Part shown: positions 1-9,435 of the stretch, in pieces
Layout of the letters: each line of letters begins with the position of its first letter
How positions within the stretch are numbered: position 1 is the first letter of the stretch
NCBI GenBank assembly: GCA_964440805.1
Contig: CAYTTR010000005.1
Span: 19,847 to 83,846, forward strand
Reading direction: 5' to 3'
DNA: 64,000 nt
Source: an uncultured Eubacteriales bacterium
GTDB lineage: Bacteria; Acidobacteriota; Aminicenantia; Aminicenantales; Aminicenantaceae
The notes under the pieces: generated by a model
The model's input: the letters and a program-made list of their open reading frames with translations, nothing else
Databases searched by the model: none
What the model was told of the DNA's origin: nothing
Made by a program: the position numbers and the translations under genes

Positions 1-2608
1 CTGCTTTTTTTCGCTCAAGGATTTCCTGCTCAAGCCTCAGGTTTATCCTCTCCAGCTCTTCCTTTCTTTTTCTCACTCTGCTTGTTCGAACAAGATGAGC
101 GGTCAAAAGAAGAAGAGCTCCCGCCACAATTGCTACCAAACGGAACCACCATGTCTGCCAAAAGGGAGGGATTACCCGGAAGACAAGGGAAGTTCCTTCT
201 TCGTTCCAAATCCCATCATTATTTGAACCTTTGACTCTAAAAACATATCTTCCTGGATTAAGATTGGTATAAGTTGCCTGTGATGTATTCTCTACATAGT
301 TCCATTCCTTATCAAATCCTTCCAGAAAATAAGCATATTGGTTTTTCTCAGGGGCAACAAAATCCATGGCAGCGAATTCAAAAGTAATTACCCTGTCCTG
401 GTAAGAAAGAGCGATTTCATTTGATTTTTTACTGTTTCTTTCCCGGTTAGAGGAAGACAACAAATCAGCTCGCCTTACCGGCTTATGATAAATTAAAAGT
501 TCAGTAACTACCACCGGAGGAACATGCGGATTCTGTTTAATTTTTTCCGGAAAAAAGGAGTTGAATCCCTTCACCCCGCCGAAAAACATCTCTCCGTTCC
601 GGCCTTTGAAATAAGCTCCGGAATTAAATTCATTGCTCTGCAGCCCGTCTGAAACATCATAATTCCGGAAAGCCTTTTTTTCAGGATCAAAGCAGGAAAG
701 ACCTTGATTGGTACTGAGCCACAGGCGTCCCCAAGAATCTTCCAAGATGCCGTAAACAACGTTATTGGATAATCCATCTTCCTCATCAAAATGAGAAAAC
801 CTTTCTTCATCCCGGTGATAAAGATTAAGCCCCCCACCATAAGTTCCGAACCAAAGTCTTTTTCTGCTATCCTCGTAAATAGAGAGGATACGGGCGCTTG
901 AGATTGAATTTTCATTTTCAGTTTCCGGGAGAAAACAAAAAAATCTTTCCGACTTCTTGTCAAATCTGTTAAGGCCGTTGGATGTTCCAATCCAAAGAAT
1001 ACCTTGACTATCTTCAAGCAGAGCTACCACCCGGTCATCACTCAGACTCCGGGAATCTTCAGGCTTATGACGAAAAGAAATAAATTCATTTTTCACCGGA
1101 TCATAGCGGTTGAGGCCACCTCCGAAAGTTCCTGCCCAGATGAAACCGTCATCATCCCGGCCCAGAGCCCGGATATAATTATGGCTCAAGCTCTTTGTAT
1201 TCCCAGGTTCATGAACATGATGCCTGAAAACACCAGTTTGCGGCTCAAACTCATCCAGCCCGTCATAAGTCCCTACCCATAAAACTCCCCGCTCATCCTC
1301 CATAATACAGCGGACATTGTCACTTATCAGACTGTTTGGATTTCCGGGTTCATGTCGATAATGAAGCCACCTGTTTTCTTTCCTGTTGAAGCAGTTCAAA
1401 CCTCCTCCGTAAGTTCCGATCCATAAATTGTTATCTCTATCCTGATAAATGGCAAAAACAATATCCGCACTCAGGGTATTGGATTCAAAAGGATCTTTGG
1501 CATAGTGGATAAACTTTCTTTTAATATGCTCACAATACTTGGCGAAACCTCCTCCGAAAGTACCTATCCACAAGATTCCGCTGCGGTCCTGATAGATGCA
1601 ATTAATGAAATTACTGACTAAGCTATCAGGCTTAACAGGAGAATGAGAAGAGTGAATAAAACTCTGGCTTCCTGGTAAGAGAATATTCAATCCTCCTCCA
1701 TAGGTTCCCACCCATAAATTCCCCTGGTTGTCTTCAATAATAGCTCTTATATAATCATTATTAAGGCTCGTGGGATCGTCAGGATCATGAAAGAATCGCT
1801 TAAAATAACCATCCTCAAAAAGATGCAACCCTTCATCTGTACCAATCCATAGCCGCTCTTTACTGTCACTGTAGATAGTTCTTATAACATTGTTTGCCAG
1901 AGAGGTTTGATCCTTCGAATCACTCAAGAAGCGAAGAAATCTATTTTCTTCAGCAATAAACTTGTTCAAGCCACTTTCCGTCCCCACCCAGAGCTTCCCC
2001 TCTTTATCCTCGGCCAAAGAAATCACCGAGTCGTGGCTGAGACTTTGAGGGTTCTGGGGCTCGTGGTAAAAGCTTCGGAAGCTTTCTGTCTTAAAGTCAA
2101 ACTTGTTCAATCCTTTTCTCGTTCCCACCCATAAGTCTCCCCTACTGTCACAAAAAACCACTTGAACCGAATCGTGGCTCAAACTCATGGGATTTTCCGG
2201 CTCATGACGGTAATGCTCAAATCGGTCTAAATCCCGGACATAACGGTTTAAACCTCCATTGAGCGTACCGATCCATAGATCTCCTTGAGAACCTTCACCT
2301 ATGGAAAGAATATAACCGTCTGAAAGTGAAAAGGGATCATTAGGAGAAGGGCGGTAAACTTTAATTCTTACTCCATCATAGCGGTTCAAACCGTCTTCTG
2401 TTCCCAGCCAGAGAAATCCCTGGCTGTCCTGGAAAACGCAATTACCGGTGTTCTGGGAAAGTCCGTTTTCAATATTCAGCTTTTCAAAGGAAAGGATGTT
2501 TGGGAATTCAGGAGTAAAAGCGAGAAGTTTCGGAAGAAAAAAACAAAAAAGAATCAATGAAAAGGCTAAAATATAAAATTTTTTTCCTTTTTCTTCTCCC
2601 CCGATCAT
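1..2608 (-). CDS. Membrane sensor with two-component-regulator beta-propeller repeats, YYY domain and TM helix; 3' end (output domain) lies outside the window
   Basis: Not in the ORF track because the stop is off-window. Hand translation from ATG 2608 gives MIGGEEKGKKFYILAFSLILFCFFLPKLLA...FEKLNIENGLSQNTGNCVFQDSQGFLWLGTEDGLNRYDG (signal peptide plus propeller repeat). The same frame near 178 reads RVIPPFWQTWWFRLVAIVA (end of YYY domain and TM). Not every intervening codon was checked. Confidence 0.88.
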   Translation of the reverse strand, partial: MIGGEEKGKKFYILAFSLILFCFFLPKLLAFTPEFPNILSFEKLNIENGLSQNTGNCVFQDSQGFLWLGTEDGLNRYDGVRIKVYRPSPNDPFSLSDGYILSIGEGSQGDLWIGTLNGGLNRYVRDLDRFEHYRHEPENPMSLSHDSVQVVFCDSRGDLWVGTRKGLNKFDFKTESFRSFYHEPQNPQSLSHDSVISLAEDKEGKLWVGTESGLNKFIAEENRFLRFLSDSKDQTSLANNVIRTIYSDSKERLWIGTDEGLHLFEDGYFKRFFHDPDDPTSLNNDYIRAIIEDNQGNLWVGTYGGGLNILLPGSQSFIHSSHSPVKPDSLVSNFINCIYQDRSGILWIGTFGGGFAKYCEHIKRKFIHYAKDPFESNTLSADIVFAIYQDRDNNLWIGTYGGGLNCFNRKENRWLHYRHEPGNPNSLISDNVRCIMEDERGVLWVGTYDGLDEFEPQTGVFRHHVHEPGNTKSLSHNYIRALGRDDDGFIWAGTFGGGLNRYDPVKNEFISFRHKPEDSRSLSDDRVVALLEDSQGILWIGTSNGLNRFDKKSERFFCFLPETENENSISSARILSIYEDSRKRLWFGTYGGGLNLYHRDEERFSHFDEEDGLSNNVVYGILEDSWGRLWLSTNQGLSCFDPEKKAFRNYDVSDGLQSNEFNSGAYFKGRNGEMFFGGVKGFNSFFPEKIKQNPHVPPVVVTELLIYHKPVRRADLLSSSNRERNSKKSNEIALSYQDRVITFEFAAMDFVAPEKNQYAYFLEGFDKEWNYVENTSQATYTNLNPGRYVFRVKGSNNDGIWNEEGTSLVFRVIPPFWQTWWFRLVAIVAGALLLLTAHLVRTSRVRKRKEELERINLRLEQEILERKKA

Positions 2609-2818
2609 TTCTTGATCTATTTCCTAAGGATATAAATCTTATTTTTCTTCTCTTTGTTACCAATTTAATAACATGATTTAAATGAAGTCAATAATTTTTT
2701 TGCATAAATTGTCTCCCCTAGAAAGATAATCTTTTAAGCTCCAAAAAGCTTTAGGTTTCTTTATTTTGTTTTAAACGGATTCTCATTGGGATAGGCAAGA
2801 GAAGGAGAACGATTATAT

Positions 2819-3063
2819 TCATTTCCACTCCCAACAGGAGGAGAGCGGCAAACAAGGCATTTCCGGTGTGCCTGAAAGCAACAGTGTTATGATGGGGGAA
2901 TCTTTTTTTCCGTTCAATTCCAAAGAAGTCCGGCTTTTGACGAAGAGATTGACATAAAGGCTATCCTCCTTTACTGCATACATATAGCCGGGAAAATGGA
3001 CTGGTTTAGTAATAACAAACAAAATGCACAGAAAAATAAAATCCATTTCTTTCTGCCAACCAT
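2819..3063 (-). pseudogene. Degraded remnant of a secreted GH127-like (beta-L-arabinofuranosidase family) gene
   Basis: AAGGAG RBS and ATG 3063 give a signal-peptide-like MVGRKKWILFFCAFCLLLLNQSIFP that stops at 2971. Another frame (2992-2903) reads PGYMYAVKEDSLYVNLFVKSRTSLELNGKK, resembling the segment that follows the catalytic barrel in GH127 proteins. Confidence 0.55.
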
Positions 3064-3090
3064 GTATTTCTCCTTTTATTTCAAAAAGAC

Positions 3091-3939
3091 TTAAAGCCTT
3101 AGAGATATTCCTCCCCGGAGAAGAAAACCGTTAAATACACCTGCATCCACCAGCAGATGAAGATTGGGCATCACCCGGGCTTTAAGCCCAAAATTAAGTT
3201 GAATAAAAGGAATGAAGCCCGGAAGGAAAAATTCTTCCCCTTCTTCTTCCATATCCTCTTTTAATTGCTGAAGGCTCTTGCTTTCCCCTCCTTGGTAATT
3301 CTCTGGTTCTTCTCCAGTGACTTCAAGGCTTCCCGAATAGGAATAGGTTAAAGTAGCATTTTCCAGGGCAGTTCCGGTAGCTGCACCAAAACCCATGGTG
3401 AAATAAGGATGAACAGAAGAGGAAGGAATAATATCCCAACGAAGGCTTAGCAAGAAGGACCATGGTTTGATCAAGAAACTGCTGGAAGCATCGCCTTTAA
3501 AACTTGCTTCTTCCTGAGTAATCATATCCTTCATGTCAAGTTCAGCGGAAATGTTGGGAAGACTTAATTCAAAACTGGATTTTTCCACTGATAACCCCAG
3601 GCTAAAAGAGCCTGTTTTTCCCCCTGGATACCAACGTAATTCAAAACCAAAATTATTTCCGCCTGAATCAAACTCCACAGCCTGTGAATAAAAGGTCTCC
3701 TGTAGCGACGGATGATCCTGCTGAATATCTTCTATGAATTGGTCCTTTAGCTCAGACTCAAGTGCTTCAGAAAGCCCTTCCTCAATAATTCCTTTCAAGA
3801 GGTTGACGCTCCATGATCCATAGTGAAATCCAAGCTCGATATGACCTTGCCCTTTTAGTGAAGAGGGAGCAGCCAACAAAAAACAAATAAACACCAGTAA
3901 ACAAGGAAGGAAAAAGCTTTTTTTAAGTTTTTTCATCAT
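3091..3939 (-). CDS. Putative outer-membrane beta-barrel protein of unknown function
   Basis: Signal peptide, alternating amphipathic strands (FGFELRWY, FLLSLRWD, PYFTMGFG, FIQLNFGLKA), C-terminal GGISLRL strand, GGAGG RBS. Confidence 0.7.
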   Translation of the reverse strand: MMKKLKKSFFLPCLLVFICFLLAAPSSLKGQGHIELGFHYGSWSVNLLKGIIEEGLSEALESELKDQFIEDIQQDHPSLQETFYSQAVEFDSGGNNFGFELRWYPGGKTGSFSLGLSVEKSSFELSLPNISAELDMKDMITQEEASFKGDASSSFLIKPWSFLLSLRWDIIPSSSVHPYFTMGFGAATGTALENATLTYSYSGSLEVTGEEPENYQGGESKSLQQLKEDMEEEGEEFFLPGFIPFIQLNFGLKARVMPNLHLLVDAGVFNGFLLRGGISLRL

Positions 3940-4102
3940 TCCTCCTTCTTCTCAACTCAAATTCCCGGTTCATTATTTTAGTCTTGAGATTAAATGTCAA
4001 TAACAATCCCGGCAATTCCTGGAATCAAGGCGGCATTGATTTGAGAGAAAGATTCTGTTATTTTGGATTCTAAAGCCAAATGCTGGTTTCAAGGAGGAAT
4101 TT

Positions 4103-4696
4103 ATGACCAGAAAAATTTTCATGACCTTTCTTTTTTCAGGGCTTGTTTTAATTATTTTCCCTTCCTTACAGGCATCTGACTCTAATCCTATAGTTTTAAT
4201 GAAAACCACCAAAGGGGATATTATTATTGAGCTTTATCCAGACAAAGCTCCGGTCACGGTGGAAAACTTTCTCTCTTATGTTGACGAAGGCTTCTATAAC
4301 GGAACCGTATTTCACCGGGTGATAAAAGGTTTCATGATTCAAGGTGGAGGATACACAACCGAACTTCACAAGAAAAACACAAAGCCTCCAATTAAAAACG
4401 AGGCTTCTAATGGACTATTCAACAAAAAAGGGACAATTGCCATGGCCCGGACTATGGATATTGATAGTGCCACATCTCAATTTTTCATCAACCATGCTGA
4501 CAATCTCTTCCTTGACCACAAGGATAAAACCCCTGAAGGCTACGGCTACTGTGTTTTTGGGAAAGTAGTAGAAGGCATGGATGTTGTTGATGCCATAGCC
4601 GAGGCACAAACCATGACCAGGCGGGGAATGAAAGATGTTCCCAGAGAAACTATGGAAATTATTTCCATCACCCGGCTGGAAGAAAATTTACCTTAA
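4103..4696 (+). CDS. ppiA: Periplasmic cyclophilin-type peptidyl-prolyl cis-trans isomerase
   Basis: Signal peptide; APVTVENFLSY, FYNGTVFHRVIKGFMIQGGG, GTIAMART, SATSQFFIN, GYCVFGKV motifs; AGGAGG RBS. Confidence 0.95.
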   Translation: MTRKIFMTFLFSGLVLIIFPSLQASDSNPIVLMKTTKGDIIIELYPDKAPVTVENFLSYVDEGFYNGTVFHRVIKGFMIQGGGYTTELHKKNTKPPIKNEASNGLFNKKGTIAMARTMDIDSATSQFFINHADNLFLDHKDKTPEGYGYCVFGKVVEGMDVVDAIAEAQTMTRRGMKDVPRETMEIISITRLEENLP

Positions 4697-4728
4697 TGTT
4701 TAAAAGCCATTTCTGAGAGAACAGACGA

Positions 4729-4926
4729 ATGTCCGACTGGATTTTCGCCTTTTTTCATCTCTTTCTCCTTCTTGGTGTCGTTGGTTACACTTTTTTTTCT
4801 CTTTTCCAAGGAAACACATACCGTTTCTTAGTGCTGCTGGCTTGTCTTGCCCTGTATTATTTTCTGGTGCTCCACAAAGCTGTAATGAAAGAAATCAGGC
4901 GTAAGCGCAAAAAAGTAAAACCGTGA
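4729..4926 (+). CDS. Small two-TM membrane protein
   Basis: Two hydrophobic helices and a basic tail; fills the gap between ppiA and the M23 gene, with a GTGA overlap at 4923-4926. Confidence 0.65.
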   Translation: MSDWIFAFFHLFLLLGVVGYTFFSLFQGNTYRFLVLLACLALYYFLVLHKAVMKEIRRKRKKVKP

Positions 4927-6260
4927 AATTTCATCTAAGAATTGAAAATTTTTCTCCACAAAAAAAGAAACGAAGACCGGACAAACCAGCCGGCCAATTG
5001 TATCTTGTGTTTTTTATTTTTTTCTTGCTTTGTATCTTTATGGTCCTTAGTTTCATCCCCAAAGAAACTTCAGAAAAAACCACACTCACTCCAAACGAAC
5101 CACCACCTCCTCCCCAGCCATCTCCTCCACCTCTAATTGAGAAAAAAATTATTGTTGAGAAAGGGCAAACCATATCAGACATTCTCCTGAATGAAGGTTT
5201 TTTGCCGGGTGATGTCCATAGGATGCGTCAGGAAGTTAAATCCGTCTATGACTTAGCCCGAATCATGGCCGGTCATGAAATGAATCTTTATTTCAATCAA
5301 GAAAGAGAATTCATATCTCTCAAGTATATCATTGATAAGGAAAGCTTCATTCAGATCGATTCCACTGAAAATGGCTTTGAGGCAAGCCTTTCCCCTCTGC
5401 CTTATGAGATTCAAATCCAGGTAATTTTTGGAGAGATCCGGGATAGCCTTATACAGACAATGGCCGAAAAAGGCGAAAGCGATTTACTGGCTTTAAATCT
5501 GGCTGAGATTTTCTCATGGGATATTGATTTTTATTCAGATATCAGAGCAGGCGATTCTTTCAAGATTCTTTTCGAGAAAAGATATCTTTATGGAAACTTC
5601 GTGGGGTATGGAAAAATCCTGGCCGCTGAATTCACCAACCAGGGTAAGACTTTTCAAGCTTTTCACTACACCTACCCGGATACAGGAGAATCCGACTATT
5701 TTACTTACGAGGGACAATCATTACGCAAGGAATTCCTCAAATCTCCCATTCAATTCGCCCGGATTACTTCCCGCTTCAGCCGCAGCCGACTTCATCCTAT
5801 CCGCAAAGTCTACCGGCCACATTACGGCGTAGATTATGCCGCCAGAGTGGGCACCCCTGTTCAGGCAACAGCCGATGGGACAGTTACTTTTGTCGGCTGG
5901 AATGGGGCTGCTGGCCGCATGATTAGAATCCGCCACCGAAATGACTACGAAACAATGTATTTTCACTTGCGCAACTATGCTCAGGGAATCCGTCAGGGAA
6001 GCCGGGTCAAGGCGGGGCAGACAATCGGTTATGTAGGTTCCTCCGGAGAATCAACCGGCCCACATCTGGATTACCGCATTAAGTATAAAGGAAAATACAT
6101 TAATCCACTTGCCTGGAGATTCAAACCTGTCGCTCCTTTAAGGGAGGAGTTTCTGGAAGATTTTCAGAAAAAAGCGGTTCCTAACCTGCTTTGTTTGAAC
6201 TCCGGAGAAAAATTGCCTTTTCTTCTGAGAAATAACCTGTTTTTTATTGCTATTCCTTAA
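4923..6260 (+). CDS. M23 family peptidoglycan DD-endopeptidase (MepM/Csd3-like)
   Basis: N-terminal TM and Pro-rich linker; WDIDF...IRAGDSF; HxxxD (HYGVDYAA), YFHL and HxH (GESTGPHLDY; second His position reads Asp). Confidence 0.9.
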   Translation: MKFHLRIENFSPQKKKRRPDKPAGQLYLVFFIFFLLCIFMVLSFIPKETSEKTTLTPNEPPPPPQPSPPPLIEKKIIVEKGQTISDILLNEGFLPGDVHRMRQEVKSVYDLARIMAGHEMNLYFNQEREFISLKYIIDKESFIQIDSTENGFEASLSPLPYEIQIQVIFGEIRDSLIQTMAEKGESDLLALNLAEIFSWDIDFYSDIRAGDSFKILFEKRYLYGNFVGYGKILAAEFTNQGKTFQAFHYTYPDTGESDYFTYEGQSLRKEFLKSPIQFARITSRFSRSRLHPIRKVYRPHYGVDYAARVGTPVQATADGTVTFVGWNGAAGRMIRIRHRNDYETMYFHLRNYAQGIRQGSRVKAGQTIGYVGSSGESTGPHLDYRIKYKGKYINPLAWRFKPVAPLREEFLEDFQKKAVPNLLCLNSGEKLPFLLRNNLFFIAIP

Positions 6261-6310
6261 AAAGGAAAATTTATCTGCCTTATGGGAAATGGTTATTTTA
6301 TTTGGCTGCT

Positions 6311-6820
6311 TTAATTGTTCTTTTTTACTTTTGTTCCTGATGATCCAGAAGATGACACTCTGGTGCGAGTGCCAGAACTTGAAGATGATACTCTGGTGCG
6401 AGTACCCGAGTTTGAAGTAGTCCGAATGGATGTGGTCCTGGTTTGAGTAGAAGTTTTTCTAATTGTCCTTTGGGTGGTTGAAGTTGAGCTTGAGGGCTGT
6501 CTAAGTTCCCTTTTCCTGACATAAGTTTTTCCTGCTCGAGTGGTAGTCGGGTAGTAATAATAACCGCCGTAATAGTAGTAAGGATAAAGATAGCGGTAAT
6601 AGGGGTAATAATAATAGCTGTAGAATCCATAGTACCATAGAGGATCCCACCACATATAACCCGGCCACATAACTGGTGAAACATAAGTATAATAATGATA
6701 AGCTGATTCGTAATATTCAGGTTCAGTGTGAATTCTTTCTCCCTGATAACGTTCTTGAATAACAGTACAGCTTGATAAGGCAAAAATTACAGCGATTGAA
6801 ATGATAATTGCTTTTTTCAT
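6311..6820 (-). CDS. Tyr-rich, Ser/Thr/Arg-tailed low-complexity lipoprotein
   Basis: Lipobox ALSS-C18; about 28 Tyr, concentrated in residues 35-90; disordered tail with TRTRVSSS repeated; AGGAG RBS and a sigma54-like promoter upstream. Confidence 0.8.
   Translation of the reverse strand: MKKAIIISIAVIFALSSCTVIQERYQGERIHTEPEYYESAYHYYTYVSPVMWPGYMWWDPLWYYGFYSYYYYPYYRYLYPYYYYGGYYYYPTTTRAGKTYVRKRELRQPSSSTSTTQRTIRKTSTQTRTTSIRTTSNSGTRTRVSSSSSGTRTRVSSSGSSGTKVKKNN
6349..6412 (-). repeat. Two-copy ~33 bp tandem repeat encoding SGTRTRVSSS
   Basis: gaagatgacactctggtgcgagtgccagaact followed by gaagatgatactctggtgcgagtacccgagt on the + strand. Confidence 0.75.
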
Positions 6821-6852
6821 TTCATGCTCCTTTTAACACACATAATATTTTA

Positions 6853-6870
6853 ATGCAATTTTTATGCCAT
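6853..6870 (-). promoter_or_regulatory. sigma54 (RpoN) -24/-12 promoter for the Tyr-rich lipoprotein
   Basis: Minus strand reads ATGGCATAAAAATTGCAT, i.e. GG-N10-GC with TGGCA and TTGCA, about 33 bp upstream of the ATG. Confidence 0.75.
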
Positions 6871-7041
6871 GTAAAATTAGGGAAAAAAGTTTACCAGCAC
6901 AATCCTTTTTGCTCTCTTCAGAGTCCAGGTGTCGTAAAAAGAGACATCGGAGTAAAGTTGATTTTTCTAAAAAACATCGATAGAATGAAAAAAGTCAGTT
7001 GTCATTATAAAATTAATAAAGATCAATCTTAGGAGGTTTAA

Positions 7042-8142
7042 ATGAAAATTACCCTTAGCGTTCTTAAAGCGGACGTAGGAAGTATTGGAGGGCATATCAA
7101 GCCAAGTAAAGCACTTATTAAAGAAATTAAAAACTTTGTTGAAGATGAAGGCAAAAATTTTCTTATTGATTCCTACATAAGCCACACCGGAGATGATATG
7201 GCCATCCTTTGCACTCATGAAAGAGGAGTGACGGACGAAAAAGTCCATCAGCTTGCCTGGGATGCATTCAAATCCGGCACAGAAGTTGCCAAAAAACAGG
7301 GGCTTTACGGAGCTGGTCAGGATCTTTTAAAAGATGCCTTCAGCGGAAATATTAAAGGGATGGGACCGGCTGTTGCCGAGATGGAATTTGAAGAAAGACC
7401 AAATGAACCTTTTATTTTCTTTGCTGCAGATAAGACCGACCCCGGAGCTTACAATCTTCCATTTTATCTTGCTTTCACCGACCCCATGTACTGCGCCGGA
7501 CTTATTCTCAGCCCCAAAATGAGCCAAGGTTTTGAATTCCGTATCATTGATGTTGGATACATTGAAAAAGATAAAATAATCAAGTTGAACGCACCTGAAG
7601 ATATTTATGATATAGCTGCTCTTCTCAGAGATAACGAGCGTTATGTAATTGAAAGCATTTATTCCAGGGAGACTGGAAACCAGGCAGTCTCAATCTCAAC
7701 TACCAGGCTTCACAATATAGCCGGCAAATATACCGGAAAAGACGATCCGGTAGCCCTGGTCAGAGTTCAAGGAGAATTTCCTGCTACGGGAGAAATTTTG
7801 GCACCCTTTCAACTTGGTCACTTTGTAGCCGGATTTATGAGGGGAAGCCATAATGGTCCACTCATGCCCTGTCAATTAAACTCAACCATTTCCTACTTTG
7901 ACGGCCCCCCTATTGTTACCGGAGCTGCTTTCAGTGTAAAAGAAGGAAAGCTGACCGAACCGGCTGATGTCTTCGATCATCCCTTCTGGGACTATGTCAG
8001 AACAAGAATATCAGAAAAAGCTCTGGAGATAAGAAGACAGGGGTTTTCTGGAGCAGCCATGCTGCCTTACAGTGAACTGGAATACGGTGGAATCGTGGAA
8101 AAACTGGAAAAACTGGAGAAGAAATTTACTCTCATCGATTAA
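7042..8142 (+). CDS. fbp: Bifunctional fructose-1,6-bisphosphate aldolase/phosphatase (class V FBPase)
   Basis: [37 protein letters not shown], Schiff-base loop [23 protein letters not shown]. Confidence 0.96.
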   Translation: MKITLSVLKADVGSIGGHIKPSKALIKEIKNFVEDEGKNFLIDSYISHTGDDMAILCTHERGVTDEKVHQLAWDAFKSGTEVAKKQGLYGAGQDLLKDAFSGNIKGMGPAVAEMEFEERPNEPFIFFAADKTDPGAYNLPFYLAFTDPMYCAGLILSPKMSQGFEFRIIDVGYIEKDKIIKLNAPEDIYDIAALLRDNERYVIESIYSRETGNQAVSISTTRLHNIAGKYTGKDDPVALVRVQGEFPATGEILAPFQLGHFVAGFMRGSHNGPLMPCQLNSTISYFDGPPIVTGAAFSVKEGKLTEPADVFDHPFWDYVRTRISEKALEIRRQGFSGAAMLPYSELEYGGIVEKLEKLEKKFTLID

Positions 8143-8179
8143 TCTGATATCCCCCTTTCAAACTGGTTACTTTCAGCCC

Positions 8180-8587
8180 ATGAAGAGAAAAAACCCCATT
8201 CCCACAGTCGATATAATTATCGAGGTGGAAAGAGAAGACAGCCAGAAAGGAGTGGTTCTAATAAAAAGAAAAAATCCGCCTTTCGGCTGGGCTCTTCCAG
8301 GAGGATTCGTTGACTACGGGGAATCCCTGGAAGAAGCTGCCAGGAGGGAAGCCAAAGAAGAAACCTCTCTGGAAGTGGAACTTATTAAACAAATGCATAC
8401 CTATTCGGCCCCTGACCGCGACCCCAGACAGCATACTATTTCCACTGTCTTTATAGGCAAGGGGAGAGGAAAACCTGTGGCAGCAGATGATGCTAAGGAA
8501 ATTGGAGTTTTTACCAGAGATGAAATCAATTTCCCTCTGGCTTTCGATCATAAACAAATTCTTGAGGATTTTTTCTCCAATTATTAG
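8180..8587 (+). CDS. NUDIX hydrolase (ADP-ribose pyrophosphatase-like)
   Basis: Nudix box [24 protein letters not shown], plus RDPR and LAFDH; start moved from 8072 to ATG 8180 to avoid overlapping fbp. Confidence 0.92.
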   Translation: MKRKNPIPTVDIIIEVEREDSQKGVVLIKRKNPPFGWALPGGFVDYGESLEEAARREAKEETSLEVELIKQMHTYSAPDRDPRQHTISTVFIGKGRGKPVAADDAKEIGVFTRDEINFPLAFDHKQILEDFFSNY

Positions 8588-8622
8588 AGAACAGGAAGAA
8601 AAAACAATTTAAGGAGGGAATA

Positions 8623-8922
8623 ATGGCAGGAGGAATTTATCACGAAATTTCAGAAAAACTCTCCAAAAAAACTAAAGAGCTTCACCGGGCCCTGAATTCA
8701 CTCATTGAAGAACTGGAAGCAATTGACTGGTATCAGCAGCGGGTAGATTCAACCGAAGATGAAGAACTCAAAGCAATCCTGGCTCACAACAGGGATGAAG
8801 AAAAGGAACATGCTGCTATGCTCTTAGAATGGTTGAGAAGAAATGACTCTTCTTTTGCCAAGGAACTCAAGGAATATCTGTTCACTAAAGGAAAGATTAC
8901 GGAAATAGAAGAAAAAAGTTAA
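8623..8922 (+). CDS. Encapsulin-associated-type ferritin-like protein (EncFtn/Flp family)
   Basis: YHE...HRALNSLIEELEAIDWYQQR...ILAHNRDEEKEHAAMLLEWLRR...YLFT matches the EncFtn ferroxidase pattern. Confidence 0.9.
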   Translation: MAGGIYHEISEKLSKKTKELHRALNSLIEELEAIDWYQQRVDSTEDEELKAILAHNRDEEKEHAAMLLEWLRRNDSSFAKELKEYLFTKGKITEIEEKS

Positions 8923-8957
8923 ATTAATGAAAGAAGATCAAATTAAGTAAATATTAA

Positions 8958-9227
8958 ATGAGAAAAAAAATAGAACATGCATCCGACTTAGTTGAAATCG
9001 CTAAAGTATGGGGGCCAGCTGAAGCAGAAGTCGTCAAGAGTTTCCTGGAAAGTGAGGGAATCTCCTGCATTCTCAAAGGACTGGTGGTCCAATCCGTCCA
9101 TCCCTTCAGTGTAGATGGTTTGGGTGAAATCCGAATCTTTGTAGCCAGGCAAAACAAAGACCTGGCAAAAAAACTTATTCAAATAGAAAAAAGAAAAAAA
9201 ACGGACAAGAAAGACCAGCCGGATTAA
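8958..9227 (+). CDS. DUF2007 (putative PII-like signal-transducing) protein
   Basis: EAEVVKSFLESEGISC...GLGEIRIFV...AKKLI pattern. Confidence 0.8.
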   Translation: MRKKIEHASDLVEIAKVWGPAEAEVVKSFLESEGISCILKGLVVQSVHPFSVDGLGEIRIFVARQNKDLAKKLIQIEKRKKTDKKDQPD

Positions 9228-9265
9228 TACTCAGGCATTCTTATCCGGTTGATAAATATTACAGT

Positions 9266-9299
9266 TCTATTCCTGAAGGATAAGAATAGAGTTTTTATT
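9266..9299 (+). terminator. Possible weak intrinsic terminator after the fbp-NUDIX-EncFtn-DUF2007 cluster
   Basis: TCTATTC/GAATAGA stem followed by GTTTTTATT; the stem is AT-rich. Confidence 0.3.
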
Positions 9300-9401
9300 C
9301 TCTGGAAACCGAAGATATAAAAGGCATTCTTCTCAAGGTTAAATTAAAGCCTACTTTTTATTTACCTCCAAATAAATTTCCGTTTTTTTCTTATTTTTTC
9401 C

Positions 9402-9430
9402 TTGACATAAAGAAATATCTTCCATATATT
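9402..9430 (+). promoter_or_regulatory. sigma70 promoter of the dcw cluster
   Basis: TTGACA (9402-9407), 17 bp spacer, TATATT (9425-9430). Confidence 0.8.
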
Positions 9431-9435
9431 GTACT

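Noticed and set aside
571-1017. 148 aa minus-strand ORF and small + ORFs in the first 2.2 kb
   Set aside because: Alternative frames within the large propeller sensor gene, which the track missed because its stop is off-window.
6325-6783. 152 aa alternative-frame ORF over the Tyr-rich gene
   Set aside because: Its Ile/Thr runs are the shifted reading of TAT/TAC codons; the 6311-6820 frame has the RBS and lipobox.
7042-8142. Archaeal-type FBP aldolase/phosphatase as a novelty
   Set aside because: Already well known in many anaerobic and deep-branching bacteria; catalytic motifs are ordinary.
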